DNA of 64,000 bases from a virus. Where the stretch lies: IMG/VR virus record IMGVR_UViG_3300025930_000141, positions 16,712 through 80,711 of that record. One strand, given 5' to 3'. A program made the position numbers and the translations under genes. Shown piece by piece: positions 34,761-44,327 of this stretch. The notes under the pieces were generated by a model. It saw only the letters and a program-made list of their open reading frames with translations, was not told the DNA's origin and made no database searches. Each line of letters starts with the position of its first letter. Position 1 is the first letter of the stretch.

Positions 34761-35102
34761 CTATGTAATTTCTATGACAGGAATCCCCATCGCCCTATAG
34801 TGTAGCACGACCTCAGGGTCGTTGTCAAGCGCCTCGACCACGCTGTAGACCTGTCGAATTTTCTCAACTAGTTCAACCTTGTAAAGTGGATTCTTTTTCC
34901 GGTCTGGTGAGAACGCCATACCTCGGAGTGGAATCACATCTTTAAGAGTGTTATAGATGAAATCTTCATTTGTCTCCTGCATACGGTAAGTTACTACATA
35001 TACCGGCAGCCCGCGTTCATTCAAGTAATCCACAGTGGGTTGAATAAGACCGTAGTATTTCTTGAATAATACACCGTCGAAATCGCTGACTATTATGTCC
35101 AT
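34761..35102 (-). CDS. HAD-family phosphatase (PNK 3'-phosphatase-like)
   Basis: VSDFDGVL, VVTYR, K, LDND. Confidence 0.7.
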   Translation of the reverse strand: MDIIVSDFDGVLFKKYYGLIQPTVDYLNERGLPVYVVTYRMQETNEDFIYNTLKDVIPLRGMAFSPDRKKNPLYKVELVEKIRQVYSVVEALDNDPEVVLHYRAMGIPVIEIT

Positions 35103-35176
35103 GGCACGGGTGGAGGGATTCGAACCCATCGCACTAGAGTTTTGGAGGCTCTGTGACTCAACCAACGCTCACCCGC
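35102..35176 (-). tRNA. tRNA-Trp(CCA)
   Basis: G73-CCA; loop CT-CCA-AA. Confidence 0.82.
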
Positions 35177-35177
35177 A

Positions 35178-35253
35178 TGGAGCCCCCGGCCTGAAACGAC
35201 CAGACCACCTAAGACTAAATCAGAGTCCTTGTGCTAACTTACACCACGGGGCC
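35178..35253 (-). tRNA. degenerate tRNA-like element with CCA
   Basis: GGCCCCG/CGGGGGC-T-CCA, D-like arm, GGACT-CTGATTT-AGTCT, non-canonical T-loop. Confidence 0.5.
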
Positions 35254-35267
35254 AGACAACCATTGTA

Positions 35268-35591
35268 TCAGGCTGTCGCCGGTTCGTCAACCTGCTCGTT
35301 ATCGGTCTTTTCCTGACTCGACAACTCATGCTCTTCGTTTGCAGCATTTGCGACCTCAAGTTGGTTCTTAAGGTCGTCAATCTCTTTTTGTGCTTCGTCT
35401 AGTTTGGCCTGGGAATCGGCCAAGGCCTTTTCCTCTTCGGTCGGCTCGGGCTCGACTGGCGGGTGGGCATCATTATATGCCTCTACCCAAGAAGCGAATA
35501 CTTCCTTGCCGCTCGATAGGGCGACCTCGTTATCTACAACTAGTTCAGCCTCTTCGGCCTCTGGGTTGTAGCGTAGTTTTAGTTCTGCCAT
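35268..35591 (-). CDS. acidic coiled-coil protein
   Basis: AAGGA RBS; heptads. Confidence 0.65.
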   Translation of the reverse strand: MAELKLRYNPEAEEAELVVDNEVALSSGKEVFASWVEAYNDAHPPVEPEPTEEEKALADSQAKLDEAQKEIDDLKNQLEVANAANEEHELSSQEKTDNEQVDEPATA

Positions 35592-35771
35592 TACTTCCTT
35601 ACGTAAGTGTAAATCTCACCAGGAGAGTTTTTGAATTCGGCTTCAACATACTTTACGCCGTCTCGCTGGTATTCTCTAACAATATGTGCACCCTTGGGAT
35701 TATCCCAAACCTCATAGTCATCTGGGTTTGGGTCATCATCTGGTAGGATGCTGTCTAACGAAAACTTCACG

Positions 35772-35844
35772 CTCCCCCATCAGGATTCGAACCTGAACTA
35801 AGTGGACCAGAACCACTCGTGCTGCCGGATTACACTAAGGGGGA
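35772..35844 (-). tRNA. tRNA-Gln(CTG)
   Basis: T1:A72; loop TT-CTG-GT. Confidence 0.9.
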
Positions 35845-35845
35845 A

Positions 35846-35922
35846 TAACGCGCCAGATAACCCGTTCCTGCATACCACCCGTCGATGGTGCGGAGTCGAA
35901 CCGCTCGTGCTGCGCGCCGTTA
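35846..35922 (-). ncRNA. small permuted tRNA-like RNA
   Basis: closing TAACG/CGTTA; GCGG-TTCGACT-CCGC followed by ACCATC/GGTGGT hairpin; GGGTTATC. Confidence 0.55.
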
Positions 35923-35927
35923 CAATC

Positions 35928-35957
35928 AGTGTAGCACGGCTATACCGCGCGTGTCAA
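35928..35957 (-). promoter_or_regulatory. SigA-type promoter heading the tRNA/Y RNA/Ro60 region
   Basis: TTGACA-18-TACACT. Confidence 0.8.
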
Positions 35958-36880
35958 ACGTCTTCCTGCTGGGATAGCCAGGTGATTAGCGCCGCTTCAA
36001 GAATAGGGTGGCGAGGAAGTCCACCATGCCGTTTAAACCACCCTCTTAGGAACGTAGCCAGCGTTTCATCCGGGCTAACAGTAACATCAGAAGGTATAAC
36101 AGGCGGCTCTTCTGGAAAGGGATTTGGGTCACCAGTTAGGCTGTGGAGCCCGTCCCCCAAGGCATGAAGGTTTAACCCGGTCGGGCTCAAGCCACCTTCA
36201 TTAAGCCACTCGGGTCCGATTACTACCCAAGCCTCTTCTACATATTTATCCCAGAATGCTTGTGACATTTCCTGTACCGCGCCCCAGGTGACCAACTTAT
36301 AAGTGTTGGTGTCATAGAAGCCAACGTTAATTGCGTGGCCTCCCTCGACGCGAGCGCCGGATACGACCTCCCATGGTTCCTCGTTATTAAACTGGTCCAT
36401 GGCCGAGTCTGGAAAGTCAATGCCGATATAGACGGTACCGAAGATATAGCAAGCCGCCTTAACTTCTGCGATGTTTGTTACGTCTACCTCAGCAAAGGCT
36501 AGAATCTTGTGCCCGCCAATACCGTTCTTTCGCCAGTGGCCTAGTACCTCTTGCATTACTGCGCCATTGTCTGTGGAAGGGTCGTTCGGGTCGAACCCAC
36601 TAACCGCCTCATACGCGGCTAGTACGTCCATGTTTGAAATTGTTGCTGTTGAGCCCTGTCCATAGGTGGACCAGGCTTGAATCATGTGGCCTGCTGCTGC
36701 GCAGGTACAGTCTCCGTACCGGTCGTTTAGGTACATCGGCCAGTTTACTACGTCCGAGAGCCAGTCGGTCGTAGCCGGGTAACTCATCGGGGTAGCGGTC
36801 AGATAGTTCTTGAGCAAAAGACGAGGCTTTTTACCGTCGTTCTTCTTGCGTCCGTGATGGAATTCAATGTTTCGGGACAT
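35954..36880 (-). CDS. papain-like (C1-type) cysteine peptidase
   Basis: NDRYGDCT, GGHA, VTWG. Confidence 0.7.
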   Translation of the reverse strand: MSRNIEFHHGRKKNDGKKPRLLLKNYLTATPMSYPATTDWLSDVVNWPMYLNDRYGDCTCAAAGHMIQAWSTYGQGSTATISNMDVLAAYEAVSGFDPNDPSTDNGAVMQEVLGHWRKNGIGGHKILAFAEVDVTNIAEVKAACYIFGTVYIGIDFPDSAMDQFNNEEPWEVVSGARVEGGHAINVGFYDTNTYKLVTWGAVQEMSQAFWDKYVEEAWVVIGPEWLNEGGLSPTGLNLHALGDGLHSLTGDPNPFPEEPPVIPSDVTVSPDETLATFLRGWFKRHGGLPRHPILEAALITWLSQQEDV

Positions 36881-36904
36881 ACTCCGATAATAGCATTATC
36901 GGAT

Positions 36905-37174
36905 TTAAGTGTCAAACAGATGTAATTGGTCTGGGTCGGTCGGCGGCAGAGGCTCACCCAACTTGAATTTGGTGCATACCACGCCCTGGGCATCGAGGTC
37001 TATTAGTTCCTCTACTGGGTCTTCGGTTATAATCTTACCTTCGATTTCGAAGCACATCGGATACTCTTCGCGGTCTGAGCGGTATATGCAGACCTGGCAC
37101 TGACGCTCTTCGATATCGGCCATAAGGTCCCAGATATAATCGTATCTGATTTCACGGTGTGGAGTATAGACCAT
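36905..37174 (-). CDS. hypothetical protein
   Basis: CQVC ... C; coupled ORF. Confidence 0.55.
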   Translation of the reverse strand: MVYTPHREIRYDYIWDLMADIEERQCQVCIYRSDREEYPMCFEIEGKIITEDPVEELIDLDAQGVVCTKFKLGEPLPPTDPDQLHLFDT

Positions 37175-37407
37175 TAGCCGTCGTAGTCCCAATTCTTGTA
37201 TCGCCACTCACTGTCGGGCGCGAGGTTCTTAGCCTCTTGTGCCTTTTCACGAGCATATTCGTCACGGTCGTCGTCCCATACCGGGTGAATGCCTAGGCCC
37301 ACAAGTTCGCAATCAAAGTTATCTTCGATAAGCGCAGCCAACTTCTCTAGAAAATCTTCGTGTCGGTCTTTAAATTCACCAGTAATGGTAATTTCTTGTA
37401 GTTTCAC
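37174..37407 (-). CDS. hypothetical protein
   Basis: coupled ORF. Confidence 0.55.
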   Translation of the reverse strand: MKLQEITITGEFKDRHEDFLEKLAALIEDNFDCELVGLGIHPVWDDDRDEYAREKAQEAKNLAPDSEWRYKNWDYDG

Positions 37408-37694
37408 TTCAAGTACCTTTCAATCATACCCTCTAGCCACTCGTAGCCTACGGGATTGGCGGTAAGGATAGTATACTTCTCAAACCGGAAGTTATTCTCA
37501 ATCATCCACAAGACTACCGGGCGGCTGGTGTCGTCACCGCCGAGGTCGTGGTCCAGGGCAATCTCAGTATGTGGGATAAGATACCACAACGGGTGGCTAG
37601 CCTTTTCAAGCAGTGCAATGGCACCCTTGGACGAATAGGCGCGCATCCAGCCAGCGTCAGGCTGAGGTCTTACGTCGTCTACCCAAATCTTCAT
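37404..37694 (-). CDS. cyclic-phosphate-processing receiver domain protein
   Basis: IWVDDVRP, LDHDLG, TANPVG. Confidence 0.8.
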   Translation of the reverse strand: MKIWVDDVRPQPDAGWMRAYSSKGAIALLEKASHPLWYLIPHTEIALDHDLGGDDTSRPVVLWMIENNFRFEKYTILTANPVGYEWLEGMIERYLK

Positions 37695-37867
37695 CTGTAA
37701 TACCCCGGCTTGTCTATAGGAGTTGGTGTTATGGCCTTGTTTCCACAGTTCGCACAATACATTTCAAGCGAGTACATGGCAATCTCATAGTCATCGAATG
37801 ACGCAAGTATCTTCCACAAGTTGGAGCCGCACACGCACTCGTGGGTGATGACCCCTAGGTCTATCAT
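37691..37867 (-). CDS. small Zn-ribbon protein
   Basis: HECVCGS...CANCG...PTP. Confidence 0.6.
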   Translation of the reverse strand: MIDLGVITHECVCGSNLWKILASFDDYEIAMYSLEMYCANCGNKAITPTPIDKPGYYR

Positions 37868-38097
37868 AGTATCCTTACCAACTGTTCGTCGCCGCACCGT
37901 TCGCAGCACATAACTCTATAGTTAATCTGTATTATTACGTCGAAGGTGCCGATGTTTTCGGTCCGGTCTTCCAACATGTATTTGTGGAATCCGAGCCAGC
38001 AAAAGAATGGTCTACGCATGAGCAATACTCCAACCACCAAGGTTTTGTATCACTTGAATAGTCGGGGTGCCAGCCCGAATCTGGCACCCCGTCATTA

Positions 38098-38751
38098 TCA
38101 GGACTTGACTGCGTTTTCTCGGTCTTCATCCGAAAAGGCTGCGGCTGCAACAGCGGCCTTATTGCCCTTGGCCTGTCGCACGGTACCTGCATAAGTGCTT
38201 AGGCTGCTCATGGTCTGACCGGTATTACTGGTGTTGTAGGTCAGAGACTTGTTCGGGTCGAAACCGAACGAGCGTCCTACGCTTACCGCGTCCATGTTGG
38301 CACCTAGGAACACAAAGTCCCAGTTCCACTTATCGGTTTGCTCACGAATGAGGTCTACTACGCCCTCGCGGGTCCAGTCATGGGAAGAGTTTTCGCCACC
38401 GTCTGTTACAACGGCAACCAAAACAGTACCCGGACGGTCGGCCTCTGCACGAGCGGCCAACTTCTCACCCAACTGGGTTACACCCTTACCGATAGCGTCT
38501 AGCAATGCGGTCATACCGCGCGGCTGCAAGACGGCCTTAGCCTCGCTAACGTCCTTATCTGTATAGACCAGTTCGTACGTGTCGTCAAACTGCACGTAAT
38601 CCACGACAGCGGTGCCGTCCAACTTGGCCTGTTCCTCAAAAAATGTGTCCAGTGCCCCGCGCATGTCCTGTTCACAGGAACGCATGGAGCCCGAACGGTC
38701 TACAATTACAAGCAATTGTGTTAAATCTTGGTTAGTCATATTTCCTTTCAT
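38098..38751 (-). CDS. vWA (MIDAS) domain protein
   Basis: VDRSGSM, TALLDAIG, TDGGENSS, FLGAN. Confidence 0.85.
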   Translation of the reverse strand: MKGNMTNQDLTQLLVIVDRSGSMRSCEQDMRGALDTFFEEQAKLDGTAVVDYVQFDDTYELVYTDKDVSEAKAVLQPRGMTALLDAIGKGVTQLGEKLAARAEADRPGTVLVAVVTDGGENSSHDWTREGVVDLIREQTDKWNWDFVFLGANMDAVSVGRSFGFDPNKSLTYNTSNTGQTMSSLSTYAGTVRQAKGNKAAVAAAAFSDEDRENAVKS

Positions 38752-39062
38752 CCACCCATATCGGGGGAGTGATTAGAACGGTATGTCATCCATCGAGAGC
38801 CCTTGCCTGGCTTTTTACGCAAGGCCCGATGCTGCCAAAGAGTGTCACCGCTCTTAATCCGCGCCCAGGCGCGGTTGTTGTTTTTCTTAGGGGCTCGCCA
38901 GTGCTTGCCCATATATTCCATCCGACCCTTGCAGGAAGGACAAATCCCGTAATACGTGCTAATGTACCCGTACCGTGGATGCGGCACAGATGCCATTAAC
39001 CAGGAATCACGTTTGATTACCTTCCTGCAAGGGACACAGACGTACGTACCGTTACTCGGCAT
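38748..39062 (-). CDS. Zn-ribbon basic protein
   Basis: CVPCR...CPSC...APKK. Confidence 0.6.
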   Translation of the reverse strand: MPSNGTYVCVPCRKVIKRDSWLMASVPHPRYGYISTYYGICPSCKGRMEYMGKHWRAPKKNNNRAWARIKSGDTLWQHRALRKKPGKGSRWMTYRSNHSPDMGG

Positions 39063-39618
39063 CCCACTCACCAGACTCGGACTGTAGTACAGCGGTGTCT
39101 ACGGCGGCAGGACGCATTTCAGGAGTAATCGAGCAGACCCAGCACCACAAAAGCGCGTGGTCACACTCATTGTACTTAACCTTGGCCCACTGAGGCATTT
39201 CCTTACCGGTCATACCACACGCAGCACAAACTTCGTCTGCGGCGAGATAGTTACCGTTGTAACACTCGGTACATGCCTCTGGACGGCTGGCTCGCTTCTC
39301 CCTACGGTACCTGAACTTTATCTTGTTAGGACGCTCCGGCAAGGTGCCGTCGTCATTAGGGATTCTTTCACCCTTCTTCGCGTTGTGGCGCTTACACATC
39401 AACTTAAGGTTGGGCAATGCGTTAATCTTGTCTTCTGACCAACCCAATTCCCGACCGTGCCACTTTGGCACCCAGTGGTCAATGGTGACCCTTGTAGGAC
39501 CATCATCAGCGGCAAAGTCCAATGTGTGCTCAGCGCCAGGGTATTGACAAGTATCGCCGTCACGCTTGCGCAGTGCGGCGATGGTCTCCACTCTTGGTCT
39601 GATGATAGTCGTAGTCAT
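39052..39618 (-). CDS. HNH endonuclease
   Basis: RDGDTCQY, TIDHWVP, NL..MCKRHNAKKG. Confidence 0.8.
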   Translation of the reverse strand: MTTTIIRPRVETIAALRKRDGDTCQYPGAEHTLDFAADDGPTRVTIDHWVPKWHGRELGWSEDKINALPNLKLMCKRHNAKKGERIPNDDGTLPERPNKIKFRYRREKRASRPEACTECYNGNYLAADEVCAACGMTGKEMPQWAKVKYNECDHALLWCWVCSITPEMRPAAVDTAVLQSESGEWDAE

Positions 39619-39624
39619 GGGTCC

Positions 39625-39653
39625 ATGGTAGCACGTCAGCGCGGAGGTGTCAA
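39625..39653 (-). promoter_or_regulatory. SigA-type promoter (leaderless transcript)
   Basis: TTGACA-17-TACCAT, ATG 7 nt downstream. Confidence 0.7.
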
Positions 39654-39655
39654 CG

Positions 39656-41476
39656 TCAGATTAACTTGATATTCTCGACTGATACCCGGTCAATTGCTCC
39701 CCGCAGTTCAGCAGGCATAGCATGTTTTGGCGGGCGAATAACTCCATCGCGCTTCCAGCGCTCTTCCTTTTCTTGGTCTATTTTGGTTTGTAGATTGCTA
39801 AGGGTAACAATCTCTACCGTTCTGTTTTGTGGCTTGGCGGTGTTCTTAACCGCATCGTATACCGCGCCGCAGACCGCATCGGACAAGTCCTTATAACCTG
39901 AGCGCGGGTGGTCAATCTTACCGTTCGGCATATACCGAAGTTCTTTTAGTTCCTTAATCAACTTTTCATCCTTAGGACCGAACAGGCGACCTAGGTCATA
40001 TAGAAGGTTAAGGAAGTCATCGTAGTGCTTATTGTCTACCGAGAGCGTGTCAGTCTCAATACCCTGCCGCTCTAGGAAGTTCATTGTGTCGTTAGAGTTC
40101 CATCGGTCGAAGGTAACCAGTTTAATGTTGAATCCTCTGCGCCGAAGTGCGAAGATATAATCGGTTACCTCTTTGTAGTCCATGGGGCGCTCTTTGCTCG
40201 GCTCCCAGTAACGCAAAGCGTCTACCTGTACTACCGGCTGTAGTTCACCCAGGATACCACTTTCATACATTACCCACTTCTCGACGTGAGCCAGGCCGAC
40301 CGCACAACGGTCGTGGACCTTGGACAAGTCTACGTGGACATAGTATTCTTTATCTAGTTTAGGTGTGAAGTGGATATTGAATACCCCGGACTGGTCAACT
40401 CCGTTAGGCCCAGAGAATACCTCGTCCAGCACCAGCGGGCTCTTGATAAAGGCGTCTTCTAGCGACGTGCCCGGTACACAGGCAAAACGCCCAAGGGCGT
40501 CAGCCTTGTTGGCAAAGAATGCTCGTCTAAACGATTCAATTGGTTGTGTTGGATTAACGTCCCAGGTAGGACGCTTTTGTGCGTAATACCCCGGCTGGTC
40601 GTAACGAATAATGTGGTCTTCGGGCCACTCGATACGTACTTCGTTTTCAGGTATACCGTCGGGCAGGTCTTCATTCATCTTGAACACGTGGCTGCGCATG
40701 ATAACTTCTTTTTCAGCCACAACTTTATCGTACTTAGCGCTGATGAAGTCACCATCGAAGCGCGGGAACGATAGTAGGATTACCTTACCCACTTCGCTGA
40801 AACGAGAGTCTACCGAACCACGGTGCATTTCATAGATGAACTTACCGGTTTTGGCTCGGCTGTTGCCGGTGTTGGACTCAAGCATGAAACCGCTAATCTC
40901 GTCCAGTACAACAACCATAACGTTATAACCCTCAAGAGACTCTGACTCAGAGTGACCAGAGATAACGTTGATGTTCTTGTCGAAGTTGATTTCTCCCTGG
41001 GTTACGCGATACTTACCACGGAACCACGGAGACCGCTCTACACGCAGCACGAGGTTCTTGAAGAATACTCGGTTAGCCTGCTGTGCGTTAACAGCGATGT
41101 TCATAATGTCGATGTTGTCGCCCTGAGGACGACCCCAGTAGTCAGCCGGGTCCTTGAGACACATCAATAGGTATACGATGTAACAACACATGATTACAGA
41201 ACATGCGTCTTTACCGCTACCCTTGCCCCATTGGAGCAATACTTCGTTACAGGTTTCGTTGTACCGAGCCCAGCCCTTCTCTTCGCCATAAAGGGCGATG
41301 AGCGTTTCTAGTTTGTAAACCTGGGTACCGTGCTTAATTGCCTTGTACTGGTTCTCACTGAGCGGCTTGAAGCCGAGGTAATCTGGACTGGTGACAAAGG
41401 TCTCCACGTCAACGGGAATCTCGTCCCAGTCTGTACCTGATACTGCGCTAAGTGCGTCAGTGATAAAATCTGTTAT
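39656..41476 (-). CDS. terL: terminase large subunit
   Basis: GKGSGKD Walker A, VVVLDEISGF Walker B, DLS..HD, FDRW, DHP..KDLSDA; start extended to ATA. Confidence 0.9.
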   Translation of the reverse strand: MTDFITDALSAVSGTDWDEIPVDVETFVTSPDYLGFKPLSENQYKAIKHGTQVYKLETLIALYGEEKGWARYNETCNEVLLQWGKGSGKDACSVIMCCYIVYLLMCLKDPADYWGRPQGDNIDIMNIAVNAQQANRVFFKNLVLRVERSPWFRGKYRVTQGEINFDKNINVISGHSESESLEGYNVMVVVLDEISGFMLESNTGNSRAKTGKFIYEMHRGSVDSRFSEVGKVILLSFPRFDGDFISAKYDKVVAEKEVIMRSHVFKMNEDLPDGIPENEVRIEWPEDHIIRYDQPGYYAQKRPTWDVNPTQPIESFRRAFFANKADALGRFACVPGTSLEDAFIKSPLVLDEVFSGPNGVDQSGVFNIHFTPKLDKEYYVHVDLSKVHDRCAVGLAHVEKWVMYESGILGELQPVVQVDALRYWEPSKERPMDYKEVTDYIFALRRRGFNIKLVTFDRWNSNDTMNFLERQGIETDTLSVDNKHYDDFLNLLYDLGRLFGPKDEKLIKELKELRYMPNGKIDHPRSGYKDLSDAVCGAVYDAVKNTAKPQNRTVEIVTLSNLQTKIDQEKEERWKRDGVIRPPKHAMPAELRGAIDRVSVENIKLI

Positions 41477-42015
41477 ACGTCAACAACCTCCGAAGAAATG
41501 ACCTCAGCCTTTCCAGAGATTTGCGACAACTTGTAGGCAACCTTTTGCTTACAGTCTGTGCATAGGTCATTTCTCAAAATGTCCATAACAATGTCTTGCT
41601 TTTCCTCCATCGCGGCCAACTCGTCTCCGAGGTCGCCGGATTCCAGCAGGCCAGCCTTTTGAATAAGGTCCAGTCGTCTGGCCTCTAGTTCGGCAATGGC
41701 CTTAAGCGCGGCATTGATTTGTCCTGCAACCTGATGGTTAAAGTTAATATCTTCTAGGTCACGGACCAGGCTATAGAATTTCCTGATTAGTTTATCGTAG
41801 TGCGTGATGAGTTTTGCCAGGTGGTCACGAGCCATGTCACGAGCCATGGGGTCGGTTGCCAGGGCAGCGCGGTAGTCACCCAATAATTCAAGAACTACCT
41901 TACGCTGTATACCGAGTTCCCTAGCGATTTGGAGTTCGGTCTTACTTTCAGACCATAGGTCTACAACCTTCTCCATTAGTTCGAAGCGGCCAGACTCTAC
42001 CGGAACAATTGTCAT
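41473..42015 (-). CDS. probable terminase small subunit (HTH)
   Basis: QIARELGI HTH + coiled coil, directly upstream of terL. Confidence 0.7.
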   Translation of the reverse strand: MTIVPVESGRFELMEKVVDLWSESKTELQIARELGIQRKVVLELLGDYRAALATDPMARDMARDHLAKLITHYDKLIRKFYSLVRDLEDINFNHQVAGQINAALKAIAELEARRLDLIQKAGLLESGDLGDELAAMEEKQDIVMDILRNDLCTDCKQKVAYKLSQISGKAEVISSEVVDV

Positions 42016-42191
42016 CTATATCCACCAGCGGTCGGAGCCCACGTCAGACCCTTGAAGGTGTACTTTCTGTCTAATTTGAGTCCACAGTTATGGCAACATT
42101 GTCGGTCGCGTTCCGAGATTGGGACGTTCCGCTCTTGTGGGTCATCGTCACAGTGCGGACATGTGTACTCATATATCATTAGTTAAGTATA

Positions 42192-42788
42192 TCATATCTG
42201 TTGAATTAATGTGGTAGCCTCTAAATGCTTGTCTATTTTCCAGTGTAGTTCGTCTACCGTACCGTCGTTTTGCAGCACATGGTCGAACGGCCAGTGGTCC
42301 AGAGAAATTTCACTGGGGTGGTCACCCGCAGGCCTAATTCCTGGGCGCTCTACGCGCCATGTGACGCCTCCTGGGCTACCTCCAATGGCGACCGCCTCAT
42401 TGGGGAATCGCATGTCGGTGATTACTATGTCGTCGCGGAGGTCGAGATTACTGAACAATGCGTCTACCCAGACGTTTTCACCCATTGTTTCTCTACCGGC
42501 TTCGGTGCCGAGGCGTTGCATCAGGCCCCGTATCTCGTCTTTGTAAGCCGTGACCTTTGCACCTTCCCAGCCGAACTTGTCGATAACGTCGCGCAGGCGC
42601 ACGGGGTACGAGTCGATGTGGTAATTGATATTGGTCCAACCATACTCATGTATTACTGGATTAACTTGATAGAGAAACTCTCGCATCTTGTCTGCAAAAG
42701 CCATTTTCTTGAATCCATACTCTTCTACTAGGTAATCACCAATGGTGTCTTTACCTGCGCGAGCGTAACCGCTTAGTCCAATTATCAT
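42192..42788 (-). CDS. deoxynucleoside monophosphate kinase
   Basis: GLSGYARAGKD, AFAD, MQRLGTE, TDMRFPNE, HPSE. Confidence 0.9.
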   Translation of the reverse strand: MIIGLSGYARAGKDTIGDYLVEEYGFKKMAFADKMREFLYQVNPVIHEYGWTNINYHIDSYPVRLRDVIDKFGWEGAKVTAYKDEIRGLMQRLGTEAGRETMGENVWVDALFSNLDLRDDIVITDMRFPNEAVAIGGSPGGVTWRVERPGIRPAGDHPSEISLDHWPFDHVLQNDGTVDELHWKIDKHLEATTLIQQI

Positions 42789-43060
42789 TAAGCCAATGTA
42801 CCGTCCGGGTTACGCCTGCCACTCTTGAAATACACAAGAATGTCTTCCCACCTGTCGCTTTTGTTAAAACTGGACTGCACCACGTCGCATGTAAAGGTCT
42901 TGCCCAAAAAGAACTGCTTGGGAAACGTGACCGGCTTTGAAACTACCCTTAGGTAGTCCCCATCTTCGTCGGGGCTGAATCCCTCTTCGGAAGTGCCCAA
43001 TAGGGCAACTATCTCTCTGGTTACCTCGCCGGGGCGTACGTCAAATACTAAATAAGTCAT
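42788..43060 (-). CDS. hypothetical protein
   Basis: coupled ORF. Confidence 0.55.
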   Translation of the reverse strand: MTYLVFDVRPGEVTREIVALLGTSEEGFSPDEDGDYLRVVSKPVTFPKQFFLGKTFTCDVVQSSFNKSDRWEDILVYFKSGRRNPDGTLA

Positions 43061-43245
43061 TCGCTATCCTCTCGCTTGTCGTAACTGTGATGTGTTACGA
43101 GCCAAAATACTACGTCTTCGTGCCGCGCGCCCTCTTCGCACACGGGAATACATTCGCACCCGGCGCTCAGCCGATGCTCTTTTAAGTCATCTTCGGGTAC
43201 GATATGTACCGCTGTCGGTGTGTCAATTACCGCCCACATTGTCAT
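43057..43245 (-). CDS. hypothetical protein
   Basis: HIVP..D..EH...CECIP...HHSYD.RE. Confidence 0.55.
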   Translation of the reverse strand: MTMWAVIDTPTAVHIVPEDDLKEHRLSAGCECIPVCEEGARHEDVVFWLVTHHSYDKREDSE

Positions 43246-43655
43246 TCCTCCAAGTAATCTATCATTGATTTAAGTACGCTAGCACTTTCTTCTACTTGAC
43301 CAATGATAGTATTACAGCGACGACAAAGCAAACCACGAATACACTTACCGCAAGATATCTCACCGGGACAGCAGGAGTGGTCATGGTCAACATCTAAAGT
43401 CTTTCCACTCCAATCAATGCGTTTGCATATCTTGCATACGCCGCCTTGAGCATCCAAAAGTTCTTGATATTTTTCTGGTGTCAGACCATAGCGATATCTA
43501 AGTTTATAGACCCGACGTACGCCGCGACTTCTCTCAGAACGATTATACTTTGCCTGACATGACCGACAACTACTTTGCAGTCCATCTTTTGTTCGTTTTT
43601 GCTTGTTGAATTCGGTGTAATACTTTAGTTCCTGACAACTTGAACAAGCCTTCAT
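43242..43655 (-). CDS. endonuclease VII-like HNH endonuclease
   Basis: QGGVCKIC, VDHDHSCC, IRGLLCRRCN. Confidence 0.88.
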   Translation of the reverse strand: MKACSSCQELKYYTEFNKQKRTKDGLQSSCRSCQAKYNRSERSRGVRRVYKLRYRYGLTPEKYQELLDAQGGVCKICKRIDWSGKTLDVDHDHSCCPGEISCGKCIRGLLCRRCNTIIGQVEESASVLKSMIDYLEE

Positions 43656-44326
43656 GGCTCTAAAACTCTTTGGCCCCTCTGGTTTGTTCTGTGGCCCCAC
43701 TCGTGAACCGCCACCGTTTCCTTTGGATAGTCGATATCAATTTCAGGATATTCTCCGTAGTTGAAATCGCTAAAGTGGATTGGATTGAATACCTGTCGTG
43801 GGTACAGTCTAACATACCCAGGCCATTCACTCAAACTTTGCATCAATAGTTGCACACCGGTCGTAGCGTTCATAAACGCACCCGGCATTCCGAAGTATCG
43901 CATCGGGAGGTTTCTAATTACTCGTTCAAAGAAGGTGCAATTCTTCGGTGCGTACATTGCCATGTTAACAGCGTGTACGTCGTCTTCCATGGCAAGGGCG
44001 GGAGTGTTGATTTGGTAATTAAGGGTGCTAAGAGGCTTGAGCGGCTTTAGGTCCGTATTGAAGTACCAGCCGCCAATTTGATAGATTATCTCATAGTCTA
44101 CCACGTCGGCTACATGGGTGTAATAGGCAATCATGTCAGCCCCCGGCTGCTTAGACTGCTTGTACATGTCGTGCAGCACGCGAGTGTTAATCCACTCGGT
44201 GTCCATGATTTCTTCCTCGGTCCAGTCCCACAGGGTCAGGTCGGGATTCAACTTCTCCCAGAGCAGGCCGTAGTCGCGGTATCGTTCGGGCATTTCACCG
44301 CCCATCCAAATTCTATGCATGTACAT
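43652..44326 (-). CDS. glycosyltransferase (GT32/OCH1-like)
   Basis: HRIWMG, ADVVDYE, GGWYFNTD, TGV, HEW; start approximate. Confidence 0.8.
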   Translation of the reverse strand: MYMHRIWMGGEMPERYRDYGLLWEKLNPDLTLWDWTEEEIMDTEWINTRVLHDMYKQSKQPGADMIAYYTHVADVVDYEIIYQIGGWYFNTDLKPLKPLSTLNYQINTPALAMEDDVHAVNMAMYAPKNCTFFERVIRNLPMRYFGMPGAFMNATTGVQLLMQSLSEWPGYVRLYPRQVFNPIHFSDFNYGEYPEIDIDYPKETVAVHEWGHRTNQRGQRVLEP

Positions 44327-44327
44327 T

